Positions 25,008 to 38,276 of a stretch of DNA of 64,000 bases are shown in pieces. Numbering within the stretch: the stretch's first letter is position 1; each line of letters starts with the position of its first letter. A program made the translations under genes and the position numbers. The notes below the pieces were generated by a model that was not told the DNA's origin, made no database searches, and saw only the letters and a list, made by a program, of their open reading frames with translations. The stretch is from positions 21,578,001 to 21,642,000 of the forward strand of contig CM059432.1 of NCBI GenBank assembly GCA_030390025.1, in the 5' to 3' direction. The stretch comes from Squalus acanthias. Lineage: Eukaryota.

Positions 25008-27158
25008 TTATTGTCATAAAAAATTCTGATGGCAAACTGCTGCAGTTGTGGCATGTGTCATTTTGCTAATGGGACTTTCACATTGAGGGCTTAGGGCGAC
25101 TTGCAATTGTCAGTATGGTGGTCAGAGTGAGAGGAATCCGCAGGTTCTTGTCCATTATCGATGCTCTGGAAGGTGCGAGGCTAAACTGTTTGATTGTGCA
25201 GGCTAAGCAAATGTGACCAACATGAGTGCGTCCCTTGCATCCCGGGCAGCAATATGGTGGCGCTCTGGCGCCTTCTGGCCTGTGCATCTTCAGGTGGATG
25301 ACTAGCAGCTTAGCGCTCCTGTTGATGTTCCTGCTGTTGGTGCTGCTGTTGCTCATGGTTCTGCTGCTGCCGCGGCTGGTCTTCATCCGAATCTGATGTC
25401 CAGGAGGAAAGGAATTAAATGGTCGCCATGCTTCTGGTATATGCCTCAGTTGAGGAAGCGCTTAGTCAAGGTGGGGAGAGGGGTTTCCATGGAGGTCACA
25501 CTGGAGATGGGTGTCAGGCTCCAAACTTCCACAACACTGAGTATGCCTGCTAAAAGTTCCCCGAGACCTGAAACAACAAAGTTCTGCCACCTGCAAATGA
25601 TCATCGGTGAAAACTCCTTTGTAATGGTGGAGCTGCAGCTGTTCGTAAGCAATCCACTTGTGAGGCCGCCAGGATTACCTGGCATGTTCCAGAGGAGGCG
25701 TGTAGGATGGGGGAAATGTGTTGAAATCAGAAAGGCCTCTCAAAATGGGATTATAGAGGCAATTAAGTGGTTGTTAAGGGCCTTAAGGGCCTATCCCACC
25801 TCTTGGAGGCGGGATGGAAAGCGGGTCAGAAAACACATACTTGGGAAAATTGCTCGGAGGCGGGATGGAGGCAGGAACGGGCCCGCCTGCCATTTTTGGC
25901 GATTTTAACAACTCACACGCCTCCAATCCCACCTCCTCGGGCCTGGCAAAATCGAGCCCTATGCCTCTATCCATTATGCTCTTTTAACAGCTTTATCAAC
26001 TTTCTCTGCCACCGACAAAGATTTATCTACGTAATCTCCCAGGTCTCTCTGTTCCTGCACCCCCTTTAAAATTGTTTATATTGCTTCTCCTCATTTTTCC
26101 TTCCAAAAAGCATCACTTCCCACTTCTCTACATTAAATTTCATCTGCCATGTGTCTGTCCATTTCACCAGTCTGTCAATGTCCTTCTAAAGTCTGCTACG
26201 ATCCTCCTCACTGTAAATTCCATTTCCAAGCTTTGTGCCAACTGCAAACTTTGAAATGATGCTACTTATACCCAAGGCCAGGTCATTAATATATATCAAA
26301 AAGAGCAGTGGTCCTAATACCGACCCCTGGTGAACACCACTGTATACTTCCCTCCAGTCTGCGAAACAATCGTTCACCACTACTCTCTGCTCTCTCAGCC
26401 AATTTCGTATCCACGCTGCCACTGCCCTTTTAATCCTTCAATTTTGCTAATAAGTCTATTATGTGGTACTTTATCAAAAGTCCATATACACAACATCAAC
26501 CACACTACCCTCATCAACCCTCTCCGTTACTTCATCCAACAACTCAATCAAGTTAGTCAGTCATGATTTGCCTTTAACAAATCCATGTTGGCTGTCGTTT
26601 ATAAATCCATGTTCTTCCAACTGCCAATTAATTTTGTCTCAGATTATTGTCTCTAGAAGTTTCCCCACCACCGATGCTAGGCTGACTGGCCAGTAGTTAG
26701 CTGGCTCATCTCTCTCCTCTTTTTTGAACAGGGGTATGACACTTGCAACCAGTCCTCTGGCACCACTGGCATCTCCAAGGAGGATTGAAATATTGTGGCC
26801 AGAGCCTCCACTATTTTCACCCTTACTTCCCTCAGCAACCTAGGATGCATCCAATTCAGACCAGGTGACTTTGAGCACTGCCAACTGTTTTATTACCTCT
26901 ATGAGAAACTATAAACCAAGAAAAAGGACCACTTAACTCTCCAAACTTGTTCTTTCGATATACCACGTATAATTTGCTCTATCATAGACTGTATCAAATT
27001 ATTGACAAAGGAAATGTTCTTGGAAATTTTTCCCAACCTCAGAGACTTTTAAGTGAAATTACAGGATATAAATTTAGCCTTACAGTTCACACGATTCAAC
27101 TCGGGACACTTGAATTCAACAATAACTCACCTGTAGTCCCAGCAGCATAGGAATCATT

Positions 27159-27241
27159 GTGGGAGAATTTCTACGGCTGATCTCCTGCCCTAACTTTGGT
27201 GGCAAAAAGCCATGGCGAACCCCCATTGGAAATTCTACCCC
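27159..27241. mobile_element. 83-bp MITE
   Basis: TIRs GTGGGAGAATTTC / GAAATTCTACCCC; flanks ATT/AAT; resembles 11167-11277. Confidence 0.55.
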
Positions 27242-27631
27242 AATGTGTTCAATAAAGAATTCAGGGACATATTTTTGCTCCACAATCCACATCATTATAT
27301 TTTGTAGATTTAATGGCCGCCTTAACATAAAATGGCGTCTTAACATCATTTTTCTGTGGGCGAATTTGTGAATCATGAATATGAAGCACATTAATATGAA
27401 CAACAGAAAATCATCTCGGAACATTAGGAACAATAGTCGGCCATTAAGCCCCTCGAGCCTGCACTGACATTCTATCAGATCATGGCTGATCTCCAATTGT
27501 TCCAGCATCCACAACCTTTTGCGGGAGAGAATTCCAGATTTCTACTACTCTTTGTGTGAAAAAGTGCTTCCTGATTTCCCTCCTAAATGCTCTAATTTTA
27601 ACATTCCCCCATCAGAGGAATTAGTTTCTTT

Positions 27632-28993
27632 GGGGCCGATTTTCCCAGCCCCGAGGAGGCGGGTTTGGAGGCGGGACAGTTGGCAAAATGGCAAAAACTG
27701 AGGGCGGGTTCGGAACCCGCCTCCAAACCACCTCTGCGCAATTTTGCCGGAGGCAGGTTTGATGGGCGCGATTCGGTCCCGCCTCCATCAGTCGGGAGAG
27801 GTAGTTAAGACCCTTAAATAGTAGTTAAGGGCCTCTATAATCCTATTTTGATAGGCCTTCGTTATTTTACCACATTTTCAGCGTGTTGCACGACCCTCCT
27901 AAACCACGCCAGCTAATCCTGGCGGGCTGACAAGTGGGTGGCCTCCTCACAGCTGCAGTTTCACCATTAAAATGGAGCTTTCATCAGGGAACAGTTGCAG
28001 GTGGCAGAACTTATGTTACAAAGGTCTTTCAGCACTTTTGGCAGGCCGACCAAAGTCGGAGGTGCTGCAGCTTCTATCTCTCAACTGTGGGACCTCTTTG
28101 GAAGTCCCTCTCCCCGCTTGGACTGAGCGCTTCCCCAACAGAGGTATCTGCCAGCAGCATGGGAACCATTTATTTCCCTTCACCATGGACCTCAAATTCG
28201 GATGAGGAGCAGCCACGGCAGCAGCAGAACCAGGCAGCTCAGCAGCAACAGCAGCAGGAGCCCCAACCTCCTGCTCACCCACCTGATGCTGCACAGGGCA
28301 GAAGGCGCCAGCGCATGGAAGCACGTCGTGCAAGGAATGCACTCATCCCGGCCAGATTTGCATAGGTTGCCCATTGTGGCACATGTGCTTGGCTCCTTCT
28401 TAACACATGATAGACAATGGACATGACTCTCTGGCCTCCTTTCACTCTGACCACCAACATGACCACGCAAATGTTGCGGAGCCCACAATGTGGAGCTGCC
28501 TAAGCCGAAATAACAGATGCCATCACGCCAACAGTTTGCCATCACCTAATTTTAATACATTCCCACAGGGATGGCATTTCATCAATAAACAGAAACAATC
28601 ACCCAATCTCTTCCCAGATGAGGGGAAGAGCACCTCCCTGCTCGCTCGCACCCCCTCAACCAGTATACCCAGCGCCTCATCCGAGAACCTCGGGGAGGCC
28701 CTTGCCTTGGAGCTGGCCATTCTTCAAGGAGATAACAGCTTGGAGGTGGTGCAGCATTGACCAAAAACCAGTGGAATGAGCCAAGGCAGCAAGTAGCCCT
28801 TAAATGAAGCTGGATAAGTGACGTCAGCAGAGGCGAGTTTCAGTCCCAAAGCACTAATTGGCCCAGGGGAACCCACACCTCTGAAATCAACTGGCCAATT
28901 AGGGGAAAATCACAAATTTTTCCCACCTCTCAGTGGAGGTGGGTTTGGAACCCACCCAAACCGAAACCCGCCTCCATTGGGAAAATCGCCCCC
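27632..28993 (+). mobile_element. Harbinger deletion derivative (related subfamily) inside a CR1 3' fragment (~27415-29170, minus)
   Basis: TIRs GGGGCCGATTTTCCC / GGGAAAATCGCCCCC; transposase ends MGTIYF...ARFA; Myb start MASSKARASPRFSDEALGILVEG on the minus strand (to 28720). Confidence 0.88.
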
Positions 28994-29929
28994 TACGTAT
29001 CTACCCTATCAAATCCCTTTAACATTTTAAGCACCTCAATCAGATCACCCCTTAATCTTCTATACTCAAGCCAAGTTTATGCAATGTGGCCTCATAATTT
29101 AACCCTCTAAACCCTGGTATAAGTCTGGTGAATCTGCACTGCACTCCCTACAAGGCCAATATAGCCTTTACATCTCTTTCACACTTCTCAAGCAATTAAA
29201 TTGCCACATAAATGGCAAAATAACAAAACAATAAGCCAGGTGTGGAGTGCTCAATATCTGTGAATAATAATAATGACTCCATGAAAATGGTGAAAAATCT
29301 CGATTTACCCACAAGGTTCAGCATTTAGCAAGAGTTCCAATGGTTCATCCAGTTGTTCCATAACCTTTACATATTTAATCACACTATTATTTTTATTGCA
29401 TTCATTGAAACACTTATGCATCTAACTTCTACTCTCTTTACAATTCTGTCTTTGAAAGGCATTAAAAAATTAAATCGAATTCAGACATTTTAATTTGGAC
29501 TTGTTATTTAAATACTCAATTTCACAGGTTCTTAAACCAAATCACTTAACATGTTAAATTAATAGAATGCAAAAGACATCATTCAGTTCATTTATATTAC
29601 CAGGTTAGCATTGCCGTAATTTGATTTGGTGTCTCTGGAATTGTAACTCTGGAGTCAGGGCCTATCTTGACTCAGGAGTCAGGTTCCCCGACGATTTGCC
29701 TCTGTAGGAATGTAAATCCAGTGCAGTGGTAAACCTGATGTATGGAGTACTCAGAGGCCCATTGGTCACCCGAGTGTTGCGTGATTCACTTTACCTCAAT
29801 TTAAATGTTTAGACAGTGGGGACTTTCCTCTTCCAGTTGCAGCAGTGTTCTACCCACACCCATATCCAGGCATGTACATTGCAATCTCTTAGAGTTCCAA
29901 CTGGGAGACAGACAACGTAAACATGACTT

Positions 29930-30425
29930 TAGAAACATAGAAACATAGAAAAATAGGAGCAGGAGTAGGCCATCCGGCCCTTCGAGCCTGCTCCGCCATT
30001 CACTATGATCATGGCTGATCCTCTATCTCAATACCATATTCCCGCTCTCTCCCCATACTTTACCCGGCTGGAAGCTAAACTACAGCTAAATGCAACCGAA
30101 GATAGAGAGAAACTCTTTCCTCTGATGGGGGAGACCAGAACAAGTGAGCATAACCTTAAAATTAGAGCTAGGCTGTTCAGGGGTGATGTCAGCAAGCACT
30201 TCTTCACACAAAGAGTAGTGGAAATCTGGAACTCTCGCCCTCAAAAAGCTGTTGAGGCTAGGTCAATGGAAAATGTCAAAACTGAGATTGAAACATTCTT
30301 GTTTGGCAAGGGTATTGAGGCGGAAGTACCAAGGCGGTAGATGGAGTTAAGATGTAGATCAGCCATGATTTAATTGAATGGTGGAACAGGCTCGAGGAGC
30401 TGAATGGCCTACTCCTGTTCCTATG
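29930..30425. mobile_element. Two CR1 3' fragments (minus ~29930-30060; plus ~30095-30425)
   Basis: AGAAACAT tail and CR1 3' UTR; DREKLFPL...HFFTQRVVEIWNS. Confidence 0.8.
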
Positions 30426-32639
30426 AAGAATAAGTTCAGTTTCAGTGGATGTCATGAGTCAATAAGAATGTGACCAAATCACACATTTTTGTCTTGGCTG
30501 AATTATTGGATTATTTCTTGCTGGTTACAGTGCACCCGCAATTAAAATTATGTACTGTGAGCTGATTCATCAATCTGCAGAGAAAATATATTCTAGTAGC
30601 TTGTCCCTGTCGGGCAAAGGGTCGCTACTAACGTCTGTTGATTGCCCGGCCATTAGCGTTATTGGGGTCGGAACTCTGCGTGATGCGATCCCGGCAATTT
30701 TACCAGGTGTCATGCTTGCCGGTGCTCATCAGCGCTGATCCCACTGGAGTATGGAAAGGAACTAGCGATTGTGGACTTATATCTGGCCACCTGCGCTTAG
30801 CTCACTGAAGTGTTAGCCTTGATTATGTGCTCAAATCTCTGAAGTGAAGCTTGAATCCACAACCTTCTGACTCAGGAGGCTACCACTGTGCCAAGGCTGA
30901 TATCTAAAGGCTGACATGTAAGCAACTACCATATACATGTATCAATTGTAAACAAGAGTTTACTGCAATTGCACGACCACTAAATACCATTAGCAGCAGC
31001 AGTTTGTTGCCTCAACACTTTAACAGCATATAACACAAACCTGGATTCTAATCTCCTCTCTCAACAGTGGTGGTGGAAAGTACTGTGATAGAGCAGGTAA
31101 ATTATCATTAATGTTCATTAGACCATCAGGCACTGGTAACCATTGACAAGCGTATTATTTTCCTACCCTTCAGCGTAGCTCAGGGCTCAGTGATGATACA
31201 TTCATGGCAGTGGTCCATAATTTATAGGCAGAAGCTTTCAAAAGTTGAAAGCAAGGACCTCCCTCAACAGAGCAGGGTGTCCAAACGGCCTCTCAGCTGA
31301 TTGCATTTTGTGCATTTAGAGGCGAAGGGTAGAGGACTGGTCCCTTTAGCAGCTGGTGCCATATGTGGCAATTCATTATTGGTCATGAATTTTGTTGGCA
31401 ACCAAAGACCAAACAGCGAACAAATAAATGAATTGCAATCAAAGTGCTGATCCAACGCTACTAAAATTCACAATGTGGTACCAAATGTGTTGCCATTGCC
31501 AAGGGGTTATTAGCATTGGCGTTTGCCCATTGTCCAAAATATTATACACTCTCAGCCTCTTTATTGATACAATGTTGTATCAAATCAGACACGTACACAT
31601 TCCTGGCAATACTTATCAAACTTACCAGAATGGCCAGCAAAGGTTGGAGGCAGAGTGCACCCAGACCTCTTGCGAAACAAGTTTGTTACTTTGAACAAGA
31701 GCAGAGTTGCGGGAAATTACAAATCACACCTGATTATCCATCCATGAAGATTCAACACCTATCGCTTCCTAAAGCACAAATCAAATACAGTCCCCTGATA
31801 GATCTATAAGGTATAAATAAACTACAGCAAAATCACTGAAAAGGCGTGATAATTAAAAAAAAACTATGAATGCAGGAAATCTGAAACATGGCCAGAAACT
31901 GCTGGAAATGCACAGAGGATCATTTCATAAAGGAAGACTGTCCTGATGAATATTCCACCTGAAATGCTCTTTCTCAGATGAGCTATTTCCAGCATTTTCT
32001 GTTTTACCCAAAAAGTGGCGTCTTGAGGAGCTGGTGAGAAATAGCTCAGTTCTGCTGAAGGTTTCCCAAAAAGTTAGTTGAAGCTGCCACCTCCAAGTGT
32101 TTATCTGTGCCCAAATAAGAAATAATTAGTTGACTAATTAACAGCCCAACAAGAGACTAGGAAAGAGTGGAATCCAAATCTAAGAATATTAGAATGCTAA
32201 TTAAAATTGTAAACCACATAATTACAGGTTATTTTGCTTCAGAACACACTCTCTGAAAGGTAATTTCATTCTCACAGCAATGTAACATTACAATTAGTGG
32301 ATAGCAATAGAAGAAGCCTAACATGAGAAGGTTTGGTGAAACAGTGCATCATTGTTGCAATGGGGAATGTCTCTGGGCAGTAAGATACTGGAACAGCAAG
32401 GTACTGCTCTGTAAAATCTGTCACATTGAAAGTGAACTACAGTTAGATTAACCATGTAAGTGCTGCTCTCATGATAGACTGCCGTTAGGGCTCCTAATAA
32501 TCCTGCATTGAATGTTAAAAAAATAACTAGAGTTATTATGGTTGAAAACAATTGTATGTACAGCACCATTCAGCAGTGCATCGCTAGCTTACAAACTCCA
32601 TTGACAAATGCACACTGACTTGACGTCGGTCGGGATCTA

Positions 32640-33150
32640 ACAGGTTGTTTGACCCTGAGATGAGCTTCCAACCCCTAATCCGCTCTATCACAAGACTGCC
32701 TACTTCCACCTCCGTTAACATCGCCATCTCCGCCCCTGCCTTAGCTCACCTGCTGCTGAAACCCTCGTCCATGCCTTTGTTACCTCTAGACTCGACTATT
32801 CAAATGCTCTCCCACCTTGTAACCTTGAGCTCATTCAGAACTCCGCTGCCCATATATTAACTCACACCAAGTCCCGTTTACCCATCACCCCTGTGCTCGC
32901 TGACCTACATTGGGTCCCGGTCCGGCAACGCCTCGCTTTTAAAATTTTCATTCTTGTTTTCAAATCCCACCATGACTTCGCCCCTCCCTATCTCTGTAAC
33001 CTCTTCCGGTCCTACGACCCTCTGAGAACTCTGCGGTCCTCTAATTCTGGTGTCTTGCACATCCCTGATTTTAATCACTCCACTATTGGTGGCTGTTCCA
33101 TCAGCTGCCGAGACTCTAAGCTCTGGAATTCCCTCCCTATACCTCTTGGC
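32640..33150 (+). mobile_element. L2 LINE ORF2 C-terminal fragment
   Basis: LADLHWVPVRQRLAFKIFILVFKS..APPYL..KLWNSLP. Confidence 0.85.
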
Positions 33151-33704
33151 CTCGCGGAAAAAAAAAAATTCAACAAGATAAAGGGGGAGCAAGCCCAGAT
33201 AAATTGGAGGGAAAAAATGGCAGATAAAAAAGTGGAAACTATATAAAACTTACAGACAGATTAGGGTACAAATTGGGCATATTCCCAGAAGAAGTAAAGG
33301 GGGTGCAGCAAAATGCAAGAATTCCTTGGATGGCTTAAGAAATTAAAATGAGACTAAAAAGATATATTACAAATCTAAGGCTAATGTTACAAATGAAAAT
33401 CAAACAAGTATGCAAAATACAGAGATAAATCAATGGACAAGTAAACAGCTGTCCTCTTAACTGCACAATATATTTAGAAAAACAAGCTTTATCTTGCTTT
33501 GAATTTTTCTAAGGGTCACTGGCTAGATGGTCTCCCATCATAATGTGGACAGTTCTCTAGGATTCAAAGTTCAGATGCATAAAGGAGTTATGACCTAGTC
33601 CGCTGTACTGTATGCACAAGATGAAAAATACCAGTGGGAGAGAAAATCTGCTGTCAGTAATTTTAGAAATTTACTGAATGGATCCATAAAACAGCTACAG
33701 ATTT

Positions 33705-34790
33705 CCCGCACTTCTGCTCTCACCCCTTCCCCTCCCTCCCGGAACCACAATAGGGTTCTCCTTGTCTTCACCTTTCATCCCACCAGCCTCCACATTCAAC
33801 GGATCATCCTCTGCCATTTCTGCCACCTCCAGCGTGATCCCACCACCAAACACATCTTGCCCTCACCTCCCCTTTCAGCATCCCTCTGCAACACCCTGGT
33901 CCACTCCTCTATCATCCCCAACACCTCTTCCCCTTCGCCCGGCACCTTCCCGTGCAAGCGCAGGAGATGCAACACCTGCCCTTTTACCTCCACCCTTCCC
34001 ACTGTCCAGGGCCCCAAACATTCCTTCCAGGTGAAACAGCGATTTACTTGTACTTCTTGCAATTTAGTATACTGTATTCGCTGCTCACGATGCGGTCTCC
34101 TCTACATTGGGAGACCAAACGCAGAATGGGTGACCGCTTTGCGGAACACCTCCGTTCAGTCTGTAAGGGTGACCCCAAGCTTCCGGTCGCCTGTCACTTG
34201 AATTCTCCGCTCCACTCCCACTCAGACCTCACCATCCTTGGCCTCTTACACTGTTCCAATGAAGCTCAACGTAAGCTCGAGGAACAGCACCTCATCTTTC
34301 GACTAGGCACTTTACAGCCTTCTGGACTCAACATAGAGTTCAACAATTTCAGACCATAACCTTTGCCCCTATCCTATTTCATCCATTTATTTTATTTTAC
34401 TTTTTTTTTCTCTCTCCCACATGGCAGCTGTCTTTCATTCTGCCAGTGCCATTTACACTTCATCTAGAGCCATCTTTTGTTTCTTAACTTGTCCCATTAC
34501 CATCTCCTTTTGCCTTGCACCATCTCTTAATCTCTCTTAATGTCTCTTAATCTCTCCTGTCTTCCATCCTATCACAGACCTTCCCTTTTGTTCTTTCATC
34601 CCCTCCCCCCTTTCCCTGCCCCAACACTTGCTTAAAATCTGTTGCATCTCCAGCTTGTTCCAGTTCTGACGAAAGGTCATCGACCTGAAACGTTAACTCT
34701 GTTTCTCTCTCCACAGATGCTGCCTGCCCTGCTGAGTATTTACAGCATTTTCTGTTTATATTTCAGATTTCCAGCATCCAGCATCTTTTG
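33705..34790 (+). mobile_element. Penelope-like retroelement (Neptune-type) 3' part: GIY-YIG endonuclease and 3' UTR
   Basis: PGTFPCKRRRCNTC..FTCTSCNLVYCIRCSRCGLLYIG / ETKRRMGDRFAEHL..HLNSPLHS..LEEQHLIFRLGTLQPSGLN, one frameshift. Confidence 0.92.
34662..34698 (+). ncRNA. Minimal type I hammerhead ribozyme motif
   Basis: AGTT-CTGACGA-AAGGTC ATC GACCT-GAAAC-GTT-AACT. Confidence 0.75.
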
Positions 34791-36019
34791 TACAGATTGT
34801 CCATGCTGGCTAATCATCCACAAATCAAAATGAAAAATAGGGATGCATTCGGACAAATTTTCCATCCTTTTGCAGACATTCCCGTGCAGGTTGGAAAAAA
34901 ATAATTCCAGTTTTTATTTTCACCCAAATATCTGCACTTCGATACATGGTCCCTGCATCATTTGGTCTGAGTTTTGTTATTGCATTCATTAATAATTACC
35001 ATATTATGTGAGATCATGAATGTGCAATTTAAGATTCTGAAACCTCCTTGGAGCTAGCACAGCTGAGGAAGGTTTGACTTCGGTGAAAGCAGCATGTCAT
35101 TCACTGGTAAATGATATTTAGTTATCAAGCTGAACCTGGCCCCTCAAGAAAGTCTTTGGCCTCCCCCTACGGATCTTGGCCTCCCTCTCCCCCCTGCTAC
35201 GATCGCCGACCTCCCTTCCTCCCTCCAGCCCCGATGGCCTCTCTCTCCACTTCGCCTCATTGTCCTTCCCGCCACCATCATCGACCTTCCCCCCTCCCCT
35301 TGGGGACGATCCCTGGCTGTAGCCTCCTGCCGTTGGTTTTCCCACCCGGCCGCTGGCCAGACTACCAGTTTGGCCGGCGGCCGTGCGGGAAACGGATCAC
35401 AAAAATGCAGCATGGCCTCCGCGTCCCCGGCATTGCCGGGTTCTTCGGTCTTCCTGCACCCCACCTGCCTCCCCGTAAATATCGAGGCCAGTATGTCCCA
35501 AAAGGGGGTCTCATTTGCCAAACTCGCAGCTCTGCTTTGACCTGGAAGTGGGTGAATTGCCTGAGTCTAATAACTAAGAAGCTGTCTAACACTTATGAAA
35601 ACTGATTTGATTGGCAGGTCCCGTCACTGCAAGAAGCATTTTACAGTGTGTTAGTTTGATTAATTGTGAACAATATCTGTCTATCTTCTTTAATCTCAGC
35701 TTGACTTCAAAGGGCGGAAGAGAGAGATATAACTGAGACTGGCAGTCTAGATTCTTCAATTGCCTGCTCTCTACTGTTGTCTGGGTGGAGGTTAACGAAA
35801 GACTCTGTGGATCCATGAAAAAGCTTTCCAGCAAGGACACATGGTCCAAGTTACAAAGTTTCGGAGAACTATTGTGAAATTGGGAATTTCATTGTTTAGA
35901 AATGGTTTTAAAGTAAAGGTGACGAATCAAGTATTCTACTGTACTCGTTCAGCAGTGTTGTTCTTGTGTCTTGTTTCATATTACTTTTTAATAAAGATGA
36001 ATTTTTAGCTTGAGATATA

Positions 36020-36324
36020 GGGCTCGATTTTGTCATTGGGGTGGGCTGGGGTCGTGTCATCCGCTTTTCGTGTTAGCCACCCGACTCCAATTGGATGTGG
36101 GAGAATTATTCGATTTTCCCCTAATTGGGCAATTGAGTTCCAGCATGTGGGAACCCATGACTCAATTAGTTTTTTCAGTCTGAAAGTCGCCTCTGATGAT
36201 GTCATCATTGCTGCTGCATTTAAGGTCTGCAAAGACTGAGAAGCTTTTGGCCTTTGCTGTGAGAGGGACCTGGAGGCAAAATGAGCAGCAGGAGACCTAA
36301 GTCTGCTCCCAGCTTTTTTTTACC

Positions 36325-36382
<58 letters not shown>

Positions 36383-36753
36383 TTATTCTCCAGGCTAAAA
36401 GTTCCCCCAGAATGATGATTGATCAAATCTCCTTCTTAATGATGGACCTGCAGCTGATAGTCAGCAATCCAAGTGTGCTACCGCCAGGTTTCACCGTCGT
36501 GTTTCAGAGGAGGCGTGCATCATGTCGGAAAAGTGTTAAAATCAGAAAGGCCTCTCAAAATGGGATTATAGAGGCAATTAAGTGGTTGTTAAGGACCTTA
36601 AGGGCCTATCCCGCCTCTTGGAAGCGGGACGGAGACGGGATCAGAAACCACGCATTTGGGAAAATTGCATGGAGGCGGGGTCGGGTCCGCCCGCCATTTT
36701 AACACCCCACACGCCTCCATTCCCGCCTCCTCGGGCCTGGCAAAATCGAGCCC
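36020..36753. mobile_element. Harbinger MITE
   Basis: TIRs GGGCTCGATTTTG / CAAAATCGAGCCC; TSD ATA; inverted sister at 46196-46854. Confidence 0.92.
36322..36387. repeat. (CCA)n(CTA)n microsatellite
   Basis: Directly visible; about 16 CTA units. Confidence 0.95.
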
Positions 36754-38276
36754 ATAATATCATTGTTATTTTCTGCCAATTTCAGAGTGGGTAATATGGG
36801 GCAGACCATATTATTTCCAATATATAGATCAATGCTTAAAGGGGTTTATAGTTTACCCTGGGCATTGTACCCCAAGATACTGTACACATAGGGTTACGGT
36901 TTGGTTCAGAGGAAGCAAGGGCCTGGCTATGAAAGTGGGCTTTTTCACTGATCGTGAATAAAAAGTACCTGGAAAGCTTGAATTTAACTGACTGCATGGA
37001 TACTGAGTTACAGCCGCTTTAAATTGTTTTGAAAGGATAATTTTATGCATTCTGAGAACTCCCACAGGCACTGAAATGTGAAAAAAGCTAGGATTTCCAC
37101 TTTCCCATCAGTATTCCACAGGGTCTTTAGCATATTTCTGGTTTACGCTTGGAAAATTATTATAAGAATTTACGATAAAGCAACTCTGTAAGATACCCTA
37201 GTTGTGCATACATATATACATAAGAGTAGGATTTGGTTTAATCTCATATAATTAAGAATTTTGCTTTATTTTTACTTATAAGTGGCTTGTGGATTTGTAG
37301 TGTAGCTAGGAATAATGAAATGGATAAAGTTTTTCATTCCCAGGATGCTTTAGGGTTTAATGTGTCAGGGTACAATTTAGCCGACTGTGCTGTTTAGCTT
37401 CTGCTGAAAGTGCTGGATGTGTGATTCATGCCTGTTGACCTCTTTTTGTCAATGGGACCAAGATAGTGATAGGAGGCAGGACAATAGGACCAAGATGATT
37501 AGTTACACCTGTAAGTTTTGTAGGAACTATCTCATTTCAGGGGTACTTGTCCACAATAACTGTTATCGAGATATAATGAATCATCTAGCATAGTGTGTAT
37601 GACTAGAGGCCTATAAAGATCTTGAGCTTTCCATCACAATTTGTAGAGTCAGGATTGAAAGGATTGACAAAGGTTACATCTCTACCCAGGAGAAAAATGG
37701 GGTAATTACATGTATTTCTCTGTGTGTCTACTACTTAGAGACATTGGGCCCGATTTTGCCAGGCCTGAGGAGGCGGGATTGGAGGCGTGGGGGGTTGGTA
37801 AAATTGCGAAAAAAGGCGGGCGGGCCTGATCCCGCCTCCATCCCGCCTTCGAGCAATTTACCCACATGCGTGTTTTCTGACCCCATTTCCATCCCACCTC
37901 CAAGAGGCGGGATAGGCCCTTAAAGCCCTTAACAACCACTTAATTGCCTCTATAATCCCATTTTGAGAGGCCTTTCTGATTTTAGCACTTTTTCCACGTG
38001 CTGCACGTCTCCTCTGGAACATGCCAGTGAATCCTGGCGGCATCACAAGTGGATTGCTTACTAACAGCTGTAGCTCCACCATTAAAAAGGAGTTTTCAGC
38101 AATCATCATTTGCAGGTGGCAGAACTTTGTTGTCTCAGGTCTGGGGGAACTTTTAGCAGGCCTACTCATTGTTCTGGAAGTTTGGAGCCTGACACCCATC
38201 TCCAGCGTGACCTCCTGGGAAACCCCTCTCCCTACCTTGACTGAGCGCTTCCTCAACTGAGGTATATACCAGAAGA

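Larger units (their letters stand above)
18186..25959 (-). mobile_element. Harbinger transposon with transposase internally deleted, carrying a full-length CR1 insertion
   Basis: TIRs GGGCTGGATTTTG / CAAAATCGAGCCC; TSD TAT; colinear (inverted) with 37746-42010; transposase N- and C-terminal remnants joined near 25255. Confidence 0.93.
17255..26890 (-). mobile_element. Old CR1 LINE split into ~17255-17730, ~18055-18185 and ~25960-26890 by later insertions
   Basis: CR1 ORF2 motifs in ORFs 17495-17731, 26186-26422 and EYKSKEVMVNFYKSLVRPQLEYCVQF; sequence rejoins across the TAT duplication. Confidence 0.85.

Noticed and set aside
27116..27514. Hydrophobic 132-aa ORF with a strong CAG|GTGAGT donor
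   Set aside because: Runs through a CR1 tail and a MITE; composite and unsupported.
31615..31775. Possible minus-strand micro-exons
   Set aside because: Splice-like sites exist but frames close quickly and the peptides are unrecognisable.
31940..31975. Fourth hammerhead (CTGATGA...GAAAT)
   Set aside because: Helix II and III are destroyed; only a decayed Penelope tail.
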